32,000 bases of DNA, taken from the NCBI RefSeq assembly GCF_000446015.1, contig NC_022093.1, positions 960,001 through 992,000 of the forward strand. Reading direction: 5' to 3'. Shown here piece by piece: positions 8,835 to 17,098 of this stretch. Origin of the DNA: Thermofilum adornatum (lineage in GTDB: Archaea > Thermoproteota > Thermoprotei > Thermofilales > Thermofilaceae). The notes below the pieces were generated by a model. It saw nothing but the letters and a program-made list of their open reading frames with translations, did not search any database and was not told where the DNA came from. The translations under genes and the position numbers were made by a program. Position 1 is the stretch's first letter. Every line of letters starts with the position of its first letter.

Positions 8835-9506
8835 ATGGGTGAAAGTGATAAATCCATAAGCGACGACATAGAAGTTGTTGAAATTGGAGAAGGAGACATA
8901 GCCGTCCTCCTTGCCGCCCTCAAAAGACTCAACAACGGCGTCTACGCTTTAAAAGTCACACTAGACTTTTTGACGAGCAGAATATCCACACTGCCCGACA
9001 GGGTCAAAGAAATGGAGGAAGCTTTAAAGACACATGAAGAGTTTTTCAACCAAGAGAGCAAGAAGTTTACGGAAAGCCTACAGAAACACGAAGAAAACAT
9101 TAAAAAGGAAAATCAAGAGCTTCTCAGCAACCTGCGTCTGCAACTAGACTTATTTGTAGAGAAGCTCTCTAACCAGCTTCAGGCAATGCAAGATCTCATC
9201 ACGACAGTAAACCAAGACGTCAATATGATCGTGTCAAAACTTAACGAGGTTGAGGTAATCTCTACAGACACATCTATGACCGTTAAAGGAGAAGTAAAAA
9301 GTCTTGGTGCACGAATCACGAACATAGAGCTTGCCCTCAATGAATTATCCCAAAAAGTTTCTAGGCTTGAGGAAACACAGCTAACAACGCTTCACGATTT
9401 CTCGATCCAATTACAAGAATTATCACTAAGATTGGGAAGCATAGAGAAGATGCTTAAAGAAGGACGTACAAAAGAAGCCAGTGAACAAGCTCCCCAAGGC
9501 TCCTAA
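8835..9506 (+). CDS. Coiled-coil protein (223 aa), possible N-terminal paralogue of the 530-aa neighbour
   Basis: Helical, Q/E/K/L-rich sequence with no TM. Shares the RISTLPD / KISTLPE motif with the divergently transcribed coiled-coil protein. Confidence 0.7.
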   Translation: MGESDKSISDDIEVVEIGEGDIAVLLAALKRLNNGVYALKVTLDFLTSRISTLPDRVKEMEEALKTHEEFFNQESKKFTESLQKHEENIKKENQELLSNLRLQLDLFVEKLSNQLQAMQDLITTVNQDVNMIVSKLNEVEVISTDTSMTVKGEVKSLGARITNIELALNELSQKVSRLEETQLTTLHDFSIQLQELSLRLGSIEKMLKEGRTKEASEQAPQGS

Positions 9507-9898
9507 ACAGCACTTTCTTCTCTCTTTTCCTTTGTCTTAACAAGTTTTGAAACAACCTCTTCTATCTTCTCGGCATCTGTCTTCGAAAAATCTTTCTTTG
9601 AAATCGCGCTCTTACCCTTGTCAGTCAAAACATAGAAGGGACGATACAGGTGGAGGAATCTGCCCCCTGCAGCATAGAGAACCTTTAGGTAGCCCTTTTC
9701 TGTTAAAGCATTTATCTCGTCGTCTAGCTCGCGGCTGAACTGGACACCTTCAGGAAAACTAAAACCAAAATCGACACCGTGCTCCTCCTGGAGTAGCTTT
9801 ACGAGCCTATGTATGCCTTTTCTAGAAATAGGCTTTCCATAGACCTGGACTAGGTATAGCAACTTTTTTTGACGTGCCTCTAAGGATCTGCTAGACAA
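9503..9898 (-). CDS. Small hypothetical protein, winged-helix-like
   Basis: 131 aa. KKLLYLVQVYGKPISRKGIHRLVKLLQ ... ELDDEINALTEKGYL resembles a wHTH recognition helix plus wing pattern. Its 3' end overlaps the 8835..9506 gene by 4 nt (convergent). Confidence 0.5.
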   Translation of the reverse strand: MSSRSLEARQKKLLYLVQVYGKPISRKGIHRLVKLLQEEHGVDFGFSFPEGVQFSRELDDEINALTEKGYLKVLYAAGGRFLHLYRPFYVLTDKGKSAISKKDFSKTDAEKIEEVVSKLVKTKEKREESAV

Positions 9899-9998
9899 AA
9901 TATCACCTAGAGACCCTAGTTTTACTTAATTTAAAATTTTTCTATCTCGAAGTTCCAATGCTAAAGCTAATATACTTGGGAAGAAGCAAATTGGAGAG

Positions 9999-10283
9999 AT
10001 GGAGAAAACAAAGTGTGAAATATGTCTTTCCCGTCCTGCCCGCTACAAATGTTCCAAATGCGGTAGAGAAGTATGCGAAGAACACTATATTGCCTCCAAA
10101 GGGATATGCACGGCATGCGAAGAGACGCTCTGCCAGCTATGCGGTGAAAACTTGGCGATTGGTAACTGTAAGTACTGTGGGAGACTCGTATGCTACAAGT
10201 GCTCAGTAGAGGAAGGCGCGGCTCTGGTATGCAGAGAATGCCTGCAAAAACTTCCTACTGGAACACGACTACCTAAACTTTAA
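9999..10283 (+). CDS. Cysteine-rich tandem zinc-finger protein (two cross-brace, HIT/B-box-like modules)
   Basis: 94 aa. Eight Cys/His pairs at regular spacing: CEIC-x8-CSKC-x4-CEEH-x7-CTAC, then CQLC-x8-CKYC-x4-CYKC-x9-CREC. Confidence 0.6.
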   Translation: MEKTKCEICLSRPARYKCSKCGREVCEEHYIASKGICTACEETLCQLCGENLAIGNCKYCGRLVCYKCSVEEGAALVCRECLQKLPTGTRLPKL

Positions 10284-10907
10284 CACGTGGATCCGGCCCC
10301 TCGATTTTACTTCTACAAGCGGCGAATAGTCATTGTAATAAAGCTTAAACTCTATACCTGTAGGATCTATGCCTGCCTTTCTTAGCTCGCCTCTCAGCTT
10401 CGCCAGGCCGTTTTCAACAGCCTTCTTGAATAGTTCACTGTATTTTTCAATTTCTTTGCTGTTCTCAAGGTATACTCTATGGACGGAGACACTCACATAT
10501 AGCTTAGTTAGATAAGAGATATTCAATATGACTAGAGATATGAGGAGAACGATGTATGCAAGGAAAAGTTCAATATTTAAGAGGAGCAAGACAAGCGAGA
10601 CAAGTGACGCAATAAATGAGAATACGAAAAGATAAGTAGAGAAGCTGTCGACCTTTTTGATCCTGGGAAACCTCGGATGCTTAATCAATATTGTCGAGAT
10701 GTTTGTCAATGCTTCAGAAACTTTTTGCCACACCTCGTCCTCTAAGCCAAGGACTCTAATAAGTCTCAGAGTATCGGTAACATTGAAGAGTCTCATAGCC
10801 CTAACGGCGTCCAGGTCTTCAACGAGCCTCTTTAGCTGTTTTGCTCTTCTACGTGCCTTTTCACGTGGAGACTCGGACATAAATCTCCATGGTAAGGATA
10901 CATTCAT
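10269..10907 (-). CDS. Membrane protein of unknown function (central TM hairpin)
   Basis: The ORF extends to 11018, but that part overlaps the udg 3' end. ATG at 10907 (or 10880) is preferred. Hydrophobic hairpin FSTYLFVFSFIASLVSLVLLLL / FLAYIVLLISLVILNISYL. Last gene of a four-gene minus-strand array. Confidence 0.5.
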   Translation of the reverse strand: MNVSLPWRFMSESPREKARRRAKQLKRLVEDLDAVRAMRLFNVTDTLRLIRVLGLEDEVWQKVSEALTNISTILIKHPRFPRIKKVDSFSTYLFVFSFIASLVSLVLLLLNIELFLAYIVLLISLVILNISYLTKLYVSVSVHRVYLENSKEIEKYSELFKKAVENGLAKLRGELRKAGIDPTGIEFKLYYNDYSPLVEVKSRGRIHVLKFR

Positions 10908-10941
10908 GTATGAAAATCTTGCTGTCCAAGTACAAATTCTA

Positions 10942-11583
10942 TTAAAAGAAGCTGTCGAGTGTGCTCTGTGTACTCTTTCCTGAAAGAATTTTCCCAAGAT
11001 TTGTGAAGTCTTCTTCAAGCACTTTCCTCATCTGAGGATTATATAGTGCGGCTGCGGGGTGAAGAGTTGGGAATACCTTGCATTCACCCCAAGAAAACCT
11101 AAAGTTGTAAATTTTTCCTCTAACACTTGTAATTGACTCCACGTTTACACCTTGAAGCCTGAAAATTGTCCTTGTGCTATGCCTTCCAAGAGTTACTATT
11201 AACACCGGCTGAATCACGGAGAGCTGTCTTATGAGGAAAGGTAAACATGCAGAAATTTCTTCTTCACGTGGATCCCTATTGTTTGGGGGTCTACACTTAA
11301 CAACATTCGTTATATACACTTCTTCTCTTCTAAGCCCAGCCATAGAAATAAGCTCCGTGAGAAAAGCTCCAGCCGCGCCAACGAATGGTTTACCCTGAAT
11401 GTCTTCGTTGCGTCCAGGAGCCTCTCCAATAAACACTATACCGTTACATGGATCCCCGTCCCCCGGAACAGTGTTAGTCCGAGATGAGGCCAAAGGACAC
11501 TTCTTACATGTCTTTATTTCTTCACTTATCCTAGAAAGCTCCTCTATCACCTTCTCACAGTCAGCCCGTCTCTTCAAGAACAC
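10942..11583 (-). CDS. udg: Uracil-DNA glycosylase, family 4 (thermostable, 4Fe-4S type)
   Basis: 213 aa with a GTG start. CKKCPL near the N-terminus. The GEAPGRNEDIQGKPFVGAAG motif and HPAA near the C-terminus are family-4 UDG signatures. Confidence 0.85.
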   Translation of the reverse strand: MFLKRRADCEKVIEELSRISEEIKTCKKCPLASSRTNTVPGDGDPCNGIVFIGEAPGRNEDIQGKPFVGAAGAFLTELISMAGLRREEVYITNVVKCRPPNNRDPREEEISACLPFLIRQLSVIQPVLIVTLGRHSTRTIFRLQGVNVESITSVRGKIYNFRFSWGECKVFPTLHPAAALYNPQMRKVLEEDFTNLGKILSGKSTQSTLDSFF

Positions 11584-11596
11584 CGTTTAACCACCC

Positions 11597-12007
11597 TCAA
11601 AAGACATCTAGATACGCTCCTGAAGACGAGACCTCGAGAAATCCTCTCTTACCATTCAACGGGAGAGAATCCCTATTTATGTCGACATAAGTCATCATGG
11701 GTATTTTTCCAATTATTGCCCCCACGATAGTCACTTCGTCTGGGCGCAAACTCACGATTCCTGCAGGGGCTAGACCTTTCCTAGCCAGCCTCAAAAGTAT
11801 ATAGGATCCAACTGTGCTACCCTTGCTATGAGGAAAGACTAGAATCTTCCCGGCAATTATTTGAGAATATAGAGGATGACCTCTCTCCACAATTTTCCCG
11901 GAAGAGGGATCCACGCCGCCAAAAAAGGTTATCGGCTCAGGTGAGAACAAGATCTCTCCGGAAGCTTTACCCTCAACTACCGGCTTACCATTTATCCTCA
12001 TTTTCAA
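11597..12007 (-). CDS. Aconitase X swivel-domain protein (DUF126); putative phosphomevalonate dehydratase small subunit
   Basis: 136 aa. VEGKASGEILFSPEPITFFGGVDPSSGKI...GKILVFPHSKGSTVGSY matches the DUF126 pattern. Overlaps the upstream DUF521 gene by 4 nt. Confidence 0.75.
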   Translation of the reverse strand: MKMRINGKPVVEGKASGEILFSPEPITFFGGVDPSSGKIVERGHPLYSQIIAGKILVFPHSKGSTVGSYILLRLARKGLAPAGIVSLRPDEVTIVGAIIGKIPMMTYVDINRDSLPLNGKRGFLEVSSSGAYLDVF

Positions 12008-13194
12008 TCACTAACAGCGATTCTTTCCAATATGATTTTTCTGGGAACAAGGGAAACATTATACCCCTTAGAGGAAAGGTAGAAGGCCGCCTTACCCGAA
12101 TCCGTGATAACGCTTCTTGAACCATACGCAAACAAGTTTGAGACAACCATACATGTATCTGCAAACATGTATATATTTAGCTCCTCAAGCTTTTTCCTCT
12201 TGTCCTCGTACATGCGGGCAACATCTCTGCTTGTATAGAGATATATTTTCCTTTTAGCCCGACCCCTCTTGCCAATCCACTCGACAATTTCTTGAACCTC
12301 ATCCAGGCCTAGGTGGGGACAGCCCAGAACTATGATGCCCTCCCCATCTTCATTGAATTTTTCCATCTCTTCTTTTAACATTCCAGCATCTACCTCTACA
12401 CGTTCACTTGGGATATCATCTACTTTCTCTGGCGAAACGCCTTCAATCAACACTAGACCTGTTCCACCAGAGGCACCGACGGCAGCGAGGAAAAGCTTCA
12501 GGTTCTCAACGTCTCCGTTGAGCCTGCTCAAGCCTATCACATACGGGACTCTGTTACCTGCAATCCTTCCAGCGATAAGCCCAGCAACCGAGAAAAGGTA
12601 GTTGTCAAAGATAAACTGCTCACTTATACTGAAGTCGATAGTCAACGTGGGTCTCCTATTTTCGTCCAGGTGTAGCCCAGAAAGAGGTGCGCGGCCAACA
12701 ATGGCCTCCATAAGGGCTAGGGGACCACCATCACGGTTGGTCCTAGCCCCAATAATGCTGTTCGCGTAGAGCACGGCGTTGCTCTCAGACCAGGCTAAGT
12801 GGTCCCCGAAACCGATTTGTTCATAGAGGTGGGGTGTACACGTAAGGGTTATTTTTGCACCCATCCTCATAAACGCCCTCAAAATCCTGCCCTGTTTCTC
12901 GAAAACCTCAGGAGTTATCCCCATCTCTCGCCATTTTTCAGTGTCCATAGCGCCCGGGTTAACAGTTGTGGGGACTGAGAACCTTCCCCCTAGAGAAGCT
13001 ATCTCTTCTAGAAAGCTAAGCCCCTCGTCCCCTATGTTTTCATAGGAGATGCCGGAGACATGTGCATGCTTTATCTTTACAAGTCTCTCTGCCGAAAACA
13101 CTTCGCCCATCTTCACAACTGTTCTCATGGCTAGGGAAACTGCCTCTCCAAACTCACCGTCAAGCATTTTCTCTTCGATTTTATCGAGATACAT
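12004..13194 (-). CDS. Aconitase X catalytic-domain protein (DUF521); putative phosphomevalonate dehydratase large subunit
   Basis: 396 aa. N-terminal EKMLDGEFGEAVSLAMRTVVKMGEVFSAERLVKIKHAHVSG is typical of DUF521/AcnX. Translationally coupled to the DUF126 partner, as in the Aeropyrum-type modified mevalonate pathway. Confidence 0.75.
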   Translation of the reverse strand: MYLDKIEEKMLDGEFGEAVSLAMRTVVKMGEVFSAERLVKIKHAHVSGISYENIGDEGLSFLEEIASLGGRFSVPTTVNPGAMDTEKWREMGITPEVFEKQGRILRAFMRMGAKITLTCTPHLYEQIGFGDHLAWSESNAVLYANSIIGARTNRDGGPLALMEAIVGRAPLSGLHLDENRRPTLTIDFSISEQFIFDNYLFSVAGLIAGRIAGNRVPYVIGLSRLNGDVENLKLFLAAVGASGGTGLVLIEGVSPEKVDDIPSERVEVDAGMLKEEMEKFNEDGEGIIVLGCPHLGLDEVQEIVEWIGKRGRAKRKIYLYTSRDVARMYEDKRKKLEELNIYMFADTCMVVSNLFAYGSRSVITDSGKAAFYLSSKGYNVSLVPRKIILERIAVSD

Positions 13195-13295
13195 GTGTCT
13201 AGCTATTCTTATCCAACCATTGTGAAAAGCTTTTCGTTACGGGGCAACAATAAGCATAATAAGTCTAAGTCTTGATATCTAAAAAAGTGGTCTAG

Positions 13296-16103
13296 TTGAA
13301 GAAGAGAATCCTCTTGCTCTCTGTCCTCATATTTGCAACTATACTGACTATCTTGGTGGAAGCTAGTCCGAACGAAGAATGGAGACTAGTAAACAGAATA
13401 ACTTCTAACACGTGGTCAATTACAAAGGTGGTCTCTTCTCCAAGCGGCAATTTTATAGCCGCTATCTACCAGGAAAACGGCATTAACAAACTTGCTATCT
13501 ACAATTCAAGCCTCAAACCTGTAAAACAAGTAACGCTCGAAAACACCTTTTCAGGCGATGCCTATTTCCTAAGCGACGGCCTTCTTATACTAGCTAAAAA
13601 TCTCTACGGTACTATTCCTCACACAGAGATAGCCATCTACAATCCCCAGATAGACAAGACAATACTCAAAGTAGACTTGCCAGGCACCACAATAAATGAA
13701 ATAAGGAAAGCCCTCGTCACAGGCAACTATCTTTTGTTACTAACACAAAAATACATCTTCTGGATCGACATAAAGGCAGCAACCTACACGGCTGTTCCAG
13801 ACACACCTATAAACCAGGGCCTCCAAATGGTGGAGACGTCTAGGGGCATAGTGTTCCTAACGATAGAAACGTTTTGCCACATATGCTTATCCCTTAATGA
13901 AAAGGTCATACGCATATACCAGTGGACCCCATTTACATATCAATCCTTCGAGTACTACCACGTGCTTGCAATAGTTAACCTGGATCCCTACCTAGGTGTT
14001 CTCTTTGATAATGGAACAATAGGCATCTACGAGATAAACACTGGACTAAACAGAACATCTGCCATACACAACTTAGCAGTAAACTATTCTGCTGTATCTC
14101 TGCCAGACTACAAGTTCCTTTATTCCACAAGCACAGGAACCCCCACTAAGCTTACAATATTTGACGTCCCCCACGATACACTATATGAAGTCATGGTTCC
14201 CGTGACGAACACAAAAGGAGACAGTCTAGCCACTTATGTTTACGACGACGGCTTATACCTAGTAGCAAACAAGAACCAAAACCAAATAGCCCTCGGCAAC
14301 TTCACGTCGAGGGATCCACCCTACCTGCTGAACACAACTACCTCTACGATTGTGGGTATTTCCAGAGGCCGGGACACCCTCGTAGTTTACGACTACAGGA
14401 CTATAGAACTCTACAAGAAGACAGCCCGAGAAGTACAAAACTACGAGTTGACACTCGAAGTAGCTGACGAAACAGGCGCATCAATAGCAAACTTCACTGT
14501 TGAGATAAATGGGACAAAATACACAAGCAAAACAAATACTATCACACTAACCCTAAAAGAAGGCACATACAAAATAATCATATCCAAGCCAGGATACCAG
14601 CAATACATATTCACCACAAAGCTCACGTCCAACGAGACACGTAGAATCATACTACAAAAGACGAGGTACACTCTAAGGGTACATGCGTCCTCCAACGCTG
14701 GGCAGCCAGAAATCTACATTCTCGACGGAACAAGGGCCCTATGCAGAGGGATAGGCTACGCCGAGGCCAAAGTATTGCCCGGAAACTATACTGTCCTAGC
14801 GATGCTCCTCAACAACACGTACCAAGCCCCAGTAAAGGTCCGAAACGACACAGAAGTATACATAATCCTAAACATTGAAGAACGTCCCATTTTCCCACCA
14901 AACCTCCACGGTAACACCCAAAACCAAACAGCCATCAACGAAAACAACACAATAGTGATCGTCTATGGCTCAGACACCTGTGCCGAGTGCAGAGCACTAA
15001 AAAACCAGCTGAAACTCCTTGGAATAAATTTCACCTTTAAAGACATCTCAAACAAGACATACCTACAAGAATACCAAACACTCTACGACATGCTACCAAC
15101 AAAAACAATCTATCAAATACCCTTCACACTACTTTTCAGGGGAAAACACCTCCAGGCCATAATAATCGGCTTGCCAAGCAGCCAATCACTTAAAGAAATA
15201 CTAAACGAGATGAACGTCAACTCTACGTGGCTATATCTCGGGGACCAAAAACAAGAAGTCACACTAGACTCATCTGTATTTTACACATTGGCAACTAGAG
15301 GGATCTCTCTACTCAACACTACTGGCAACGCATTACCACAGCCCCCCAAAAACAATACAGGCACAATGACGCCAACACCAACCCCACAAGATATTTATCA
15401 TGTCTTACCAGTAATAGCTACACTTGCCCTTGCAGACTCGATCAACCCATGCACCTTCATGGTCTTCTCTGCACTAGTCTTAGCAGTAGCATCTTTCTCT
15501 GGCACAAGAAAAGCCATCTATACCTCGGTCTCCTTTATCGGAGCAGTCTACCTGTCTTACCTCCTCCTAGGAATAGGACTAATAAGATTTGTCGCTATGT
15601 TTACCCAGCTCAGATACGTCCTAGCCCTCCTCGTACTCATCGCCGGAATATACGAAATATCCAACGCCACACAGTTCCCCAAGATGAAAGGCCTAGCACA
15701 AACCCTAAAGTTGCCAAAAACCTTCTCAAACATACAAGCAAAGCTCAATACACTGCAAGCCACCTTACTCGCTCGGGCCCAGAAAGGAAGCATGATATTA
15801 AGCTTCCTAGCCGGAACACTGGTAAGCTTCACACTTCTCCCATGCAGTAGCGGGCCCTACCTAGTAGCCGCTCTCATGGTGTCAAAACTGCCCTTTAACA
15901 TTACGCTTGCATGTCTCCTTATCTATAATATGATATTTGTATTGCCACTAATCCTAATCTCGGCCGCAATAATCCTCGGCGGAAAACTCCTAGCAACATT
16001 GGACATGGCATCTATCAAAATAAATCAGCTAAGAAAATATACTTCCCTGCTCCTCGGTTTAGCCTTAATAATTTTAGCCTTGTGGATTATACTTTCTCCA
16101 TAG
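13296..16103 (+). CDS. Large surface protein fused to a glutaredoxin/thioredoxin-fold CxxC domain and a C-terminal CcdA/DsbD-like polytopic membrane domain
   Basis: 935 aa with a TTG start. Signal/anchor ILLLSVLIFATILTILV. Sequon-rich ectodomain with beta-sandwich modules (EGTYKIIISKPGY, LPGNYTVLAM). Grx-like IVIVYGSDTCAECRALKNQLKLLGINF, with CAEC at 14979-14990. A T/P linker TPTPTP follows. Then about 6 TM helices with intramembrane Cys in NPC (15450-15452) and LLPCSSGP (15843-15845). Confidence 0.7.
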   Translation: MKKRILLLSVLIFATILTILVEASPNEEWRLVNRITSNTWSITKVVSSPSGNFIAAIYQENGINKLAIYNSSLKPVKQVTLENTFSGDAYFLSDGLLILAKNLYGTIPHTEIAIYNPQIDKTILKVDLPGTTINEIRKALVTGNYLLLLTQKYIFWIDIKAATYTAVPDTPINQGLQMVETSRGIVFLTIETFCHICLSLNEKVIRIYQWTPFTYQSFEYYHVLAIVNLDPYLGVLFDNGTIGIYEINTGLNRTSAIHNLAVNYSAVSLPDYKFLYSTSTGTPTKLTIFDVPHDTLYEVMVPVTNTKGDSLATYVYDDGLYLVANKNQNQIALGNFTSRDPPYLLNTTTSTIVGISRGRDTLVVYDYRTIELYKKTAREVQNYELTLEVADETGASIANFTVEINGTKYTSKTNTITLTLKEGTYKIIISKPGYQQYIFTTKLTSNETRRIILQKTRYTLRVHASSNAGQPEIYILDGTRALCRGIGYAEAKVLPGNYTVLAMLLNNTYQAPVKVRNDTEVYIILNIEERPIFPPNLHGNTQNQTAINENNTIVIVYGSDTCAECRALKNQLKLLGINFTFKDISNKTYLQEYQTLYDMLPTKTIYQIPFTLLFRGKHLQAIIIGLPSSQSLKEILNEMNVNSTWLYLGDQKQEVTLDSSVFYTLATRGISLLNTTGNALPQPPKNNTGTMTPTPTPQDIYHVLPVIATLALADSINPCTFMVFSALVLAVASFSGTRKAIYTSVSFIGAVYLSYLLLGIGLIRFVAMFTQLRYVLALLVLIAGIYEISNATQFPKMKGLAQTLKLPKTFSNIQAKLNTLQATLLARAQKGSMILSFLAGTLVSFTLLPCSSGPYLVAALMVSKLPFNITLACLLIYNMIFVLPLILISAAIILGGKLLATLDMASIKINQLRKYTSLLLGLALIILALWIILSP

Positions 16104-16180
16104 GGAACAAGTCTTCTCAAAAACAAAAAATACCTCTGCAATACATATTTTCTATTGGAAAAAGTTTTTAAAAATTAATC

Positions 16181-16188
16181 TTTTTTTT
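16181..16188 (+). terminator. Oligo-T (T8) tract, candidate archaeal terminator for the 935-aa gene
   Basis: tttttttt lies 78 nt downstream of the stop at 16103, and other T-runs lie at 16145-16170. Archaeal RNAP terminates at oligo-T. Confidence 0.3.
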
Positions 16189-16203
16189 GGAAAAAAGAAA
16201 AAC

Positions 16204-16212
16204 TTTAAATAA
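16204..16212 (+). promoter_or_regulatory. TATA box candidate for the V4R-domain gene
   Basis: tttaaataa is centred 26 nt upstream of the ATG at 16234, the spacing expected for a leaderless transcript. Confidence 0.4.
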
Positions 16213-16233
16213 GAGTCCAAGCAAAAAAATACT

Positions 16234-17064
16234 ATGGAAAAACTTAACCTTATGCCATATTTCTTGGGGGCAATCGTTGTTAAGCAGGATGGAAATCCAT
16301 ACTTTTTCAACATAGTTTTGACCCCAGAAGCAATAAAGGCAGTCGGAGTCATAAACGAGATAACAAGGGTCTTTCTAGAAGAAAACGTCCCTGTACTTTT
16401 CTTCAAGGCATCTGTCCCTCCGACCGAGACAAGTGGCGAAATAAGAATTATTGTCTCAGCAGACCTTAAAGATTCTAAACAAGCCGAAAAGATAGTCTCA
16501 AAGCTGAAGCGATCTAAATTCGTTACAAAGGTAGATTTTGCGCCACCGCTCTTTAAAGGGGTAGGCGTCGACAAGTGGAGCTATCCCATTATGATTTGGA
16601 ACGACCAAGCAATCATATTCAGGGCTTTCATTATGGGTCGTTTCCTTAGATGGGGATGGGAAAAAATAGGTGCGGGGTTTGGCGGGATCCTGTATAGGGC
16701 TTTTTTTGAGGCCGGTCGCGAGGCCTACGACAGGTTTTATTCTAGGCTGGCCAGGGGCAGGGAGGACCTTGTAAAGCTTGTCGAAGTCATGACTAGGCTT
16801 ATGGGTTACGGTGTGTTAGAGGTCGTCGAGTTAACCGATGACAGGGCTGTTTTCAGGGTATACGACAATGTTGAGTGCATGAGCCTCAAGGGAGTAGAGG
16901 GGGCAGAAAACGCAATGCTCAGAGGTCTATTGGCTGGATTTCTCTCTGGCTACTGGAACACAGACGTATACCACATTAGGCCAGAAGAGACAAAATGCAT
17001 AGCCAGGGGAGACCCATACTGCCAGCTAGAATACAGAAGAGAAAAATACGAGCCACTAGTATAA
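16234..17064 (+). CDS. V4R (4-vinyl reductase) domain protein with an ACT-like N-terminal domain; predicted small-molecule-binding protein
   Basis: 276 aa. The C-terminal half ending in GDPYCQLEY, preceded by FEAGREAY...VYDNVEC, fits the V4R/COG1719 pattern. The N-terminal ~100 aa is beta-alpha-beta-like. Confidence 0.6.
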   Translation: MEKLNLMPYFLGAIVVKQDGNPYFFNIVLTPEAIKAVGVINEITRVFLEENVPVLFFKASVPPTETSGEIRIIVSADLKDSKQAEKIVSKLKRSKFVTKVDFAPPLFKGVGVDKWSYPIMIWNDQAIIFRAFIMGRFLRWGWEKIGAGFGGILYRAFFEAGREAYDRFYSRLARGREDLVKLVEVMTRLMGYGVLEVVELTDDRAVFRVYDNVECMSLKGVEGAENAMLRGLLAGFLSGYWNTDVYHIRPEETKCIARGDPYCQLEYRREKYEPLV

Positions 17065-17098
17065 GAACTGAGAACTGAAAAGTCAAAATATTTTATTT

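Noticed and set aside
15449-15850. Alternative-frame ORFs (15449..15850 +, 15557..15832 -) within the membrane domain of the 935-aa gene
   Set aside because: The main frame gives coherent TM helices with conserved-looking Cys motifs, whereas the alternative frames give basic, proline-rich nonsense.
16152-16574. 140-aa minus-strand ORF overlapping the V4R gene start and its promoter region
   Set aside because: It overlaps a better-supported plus-strand gene, and it also translates through the A/T-run intergenic region (giving KFFFFPKK). It is probably spurious.
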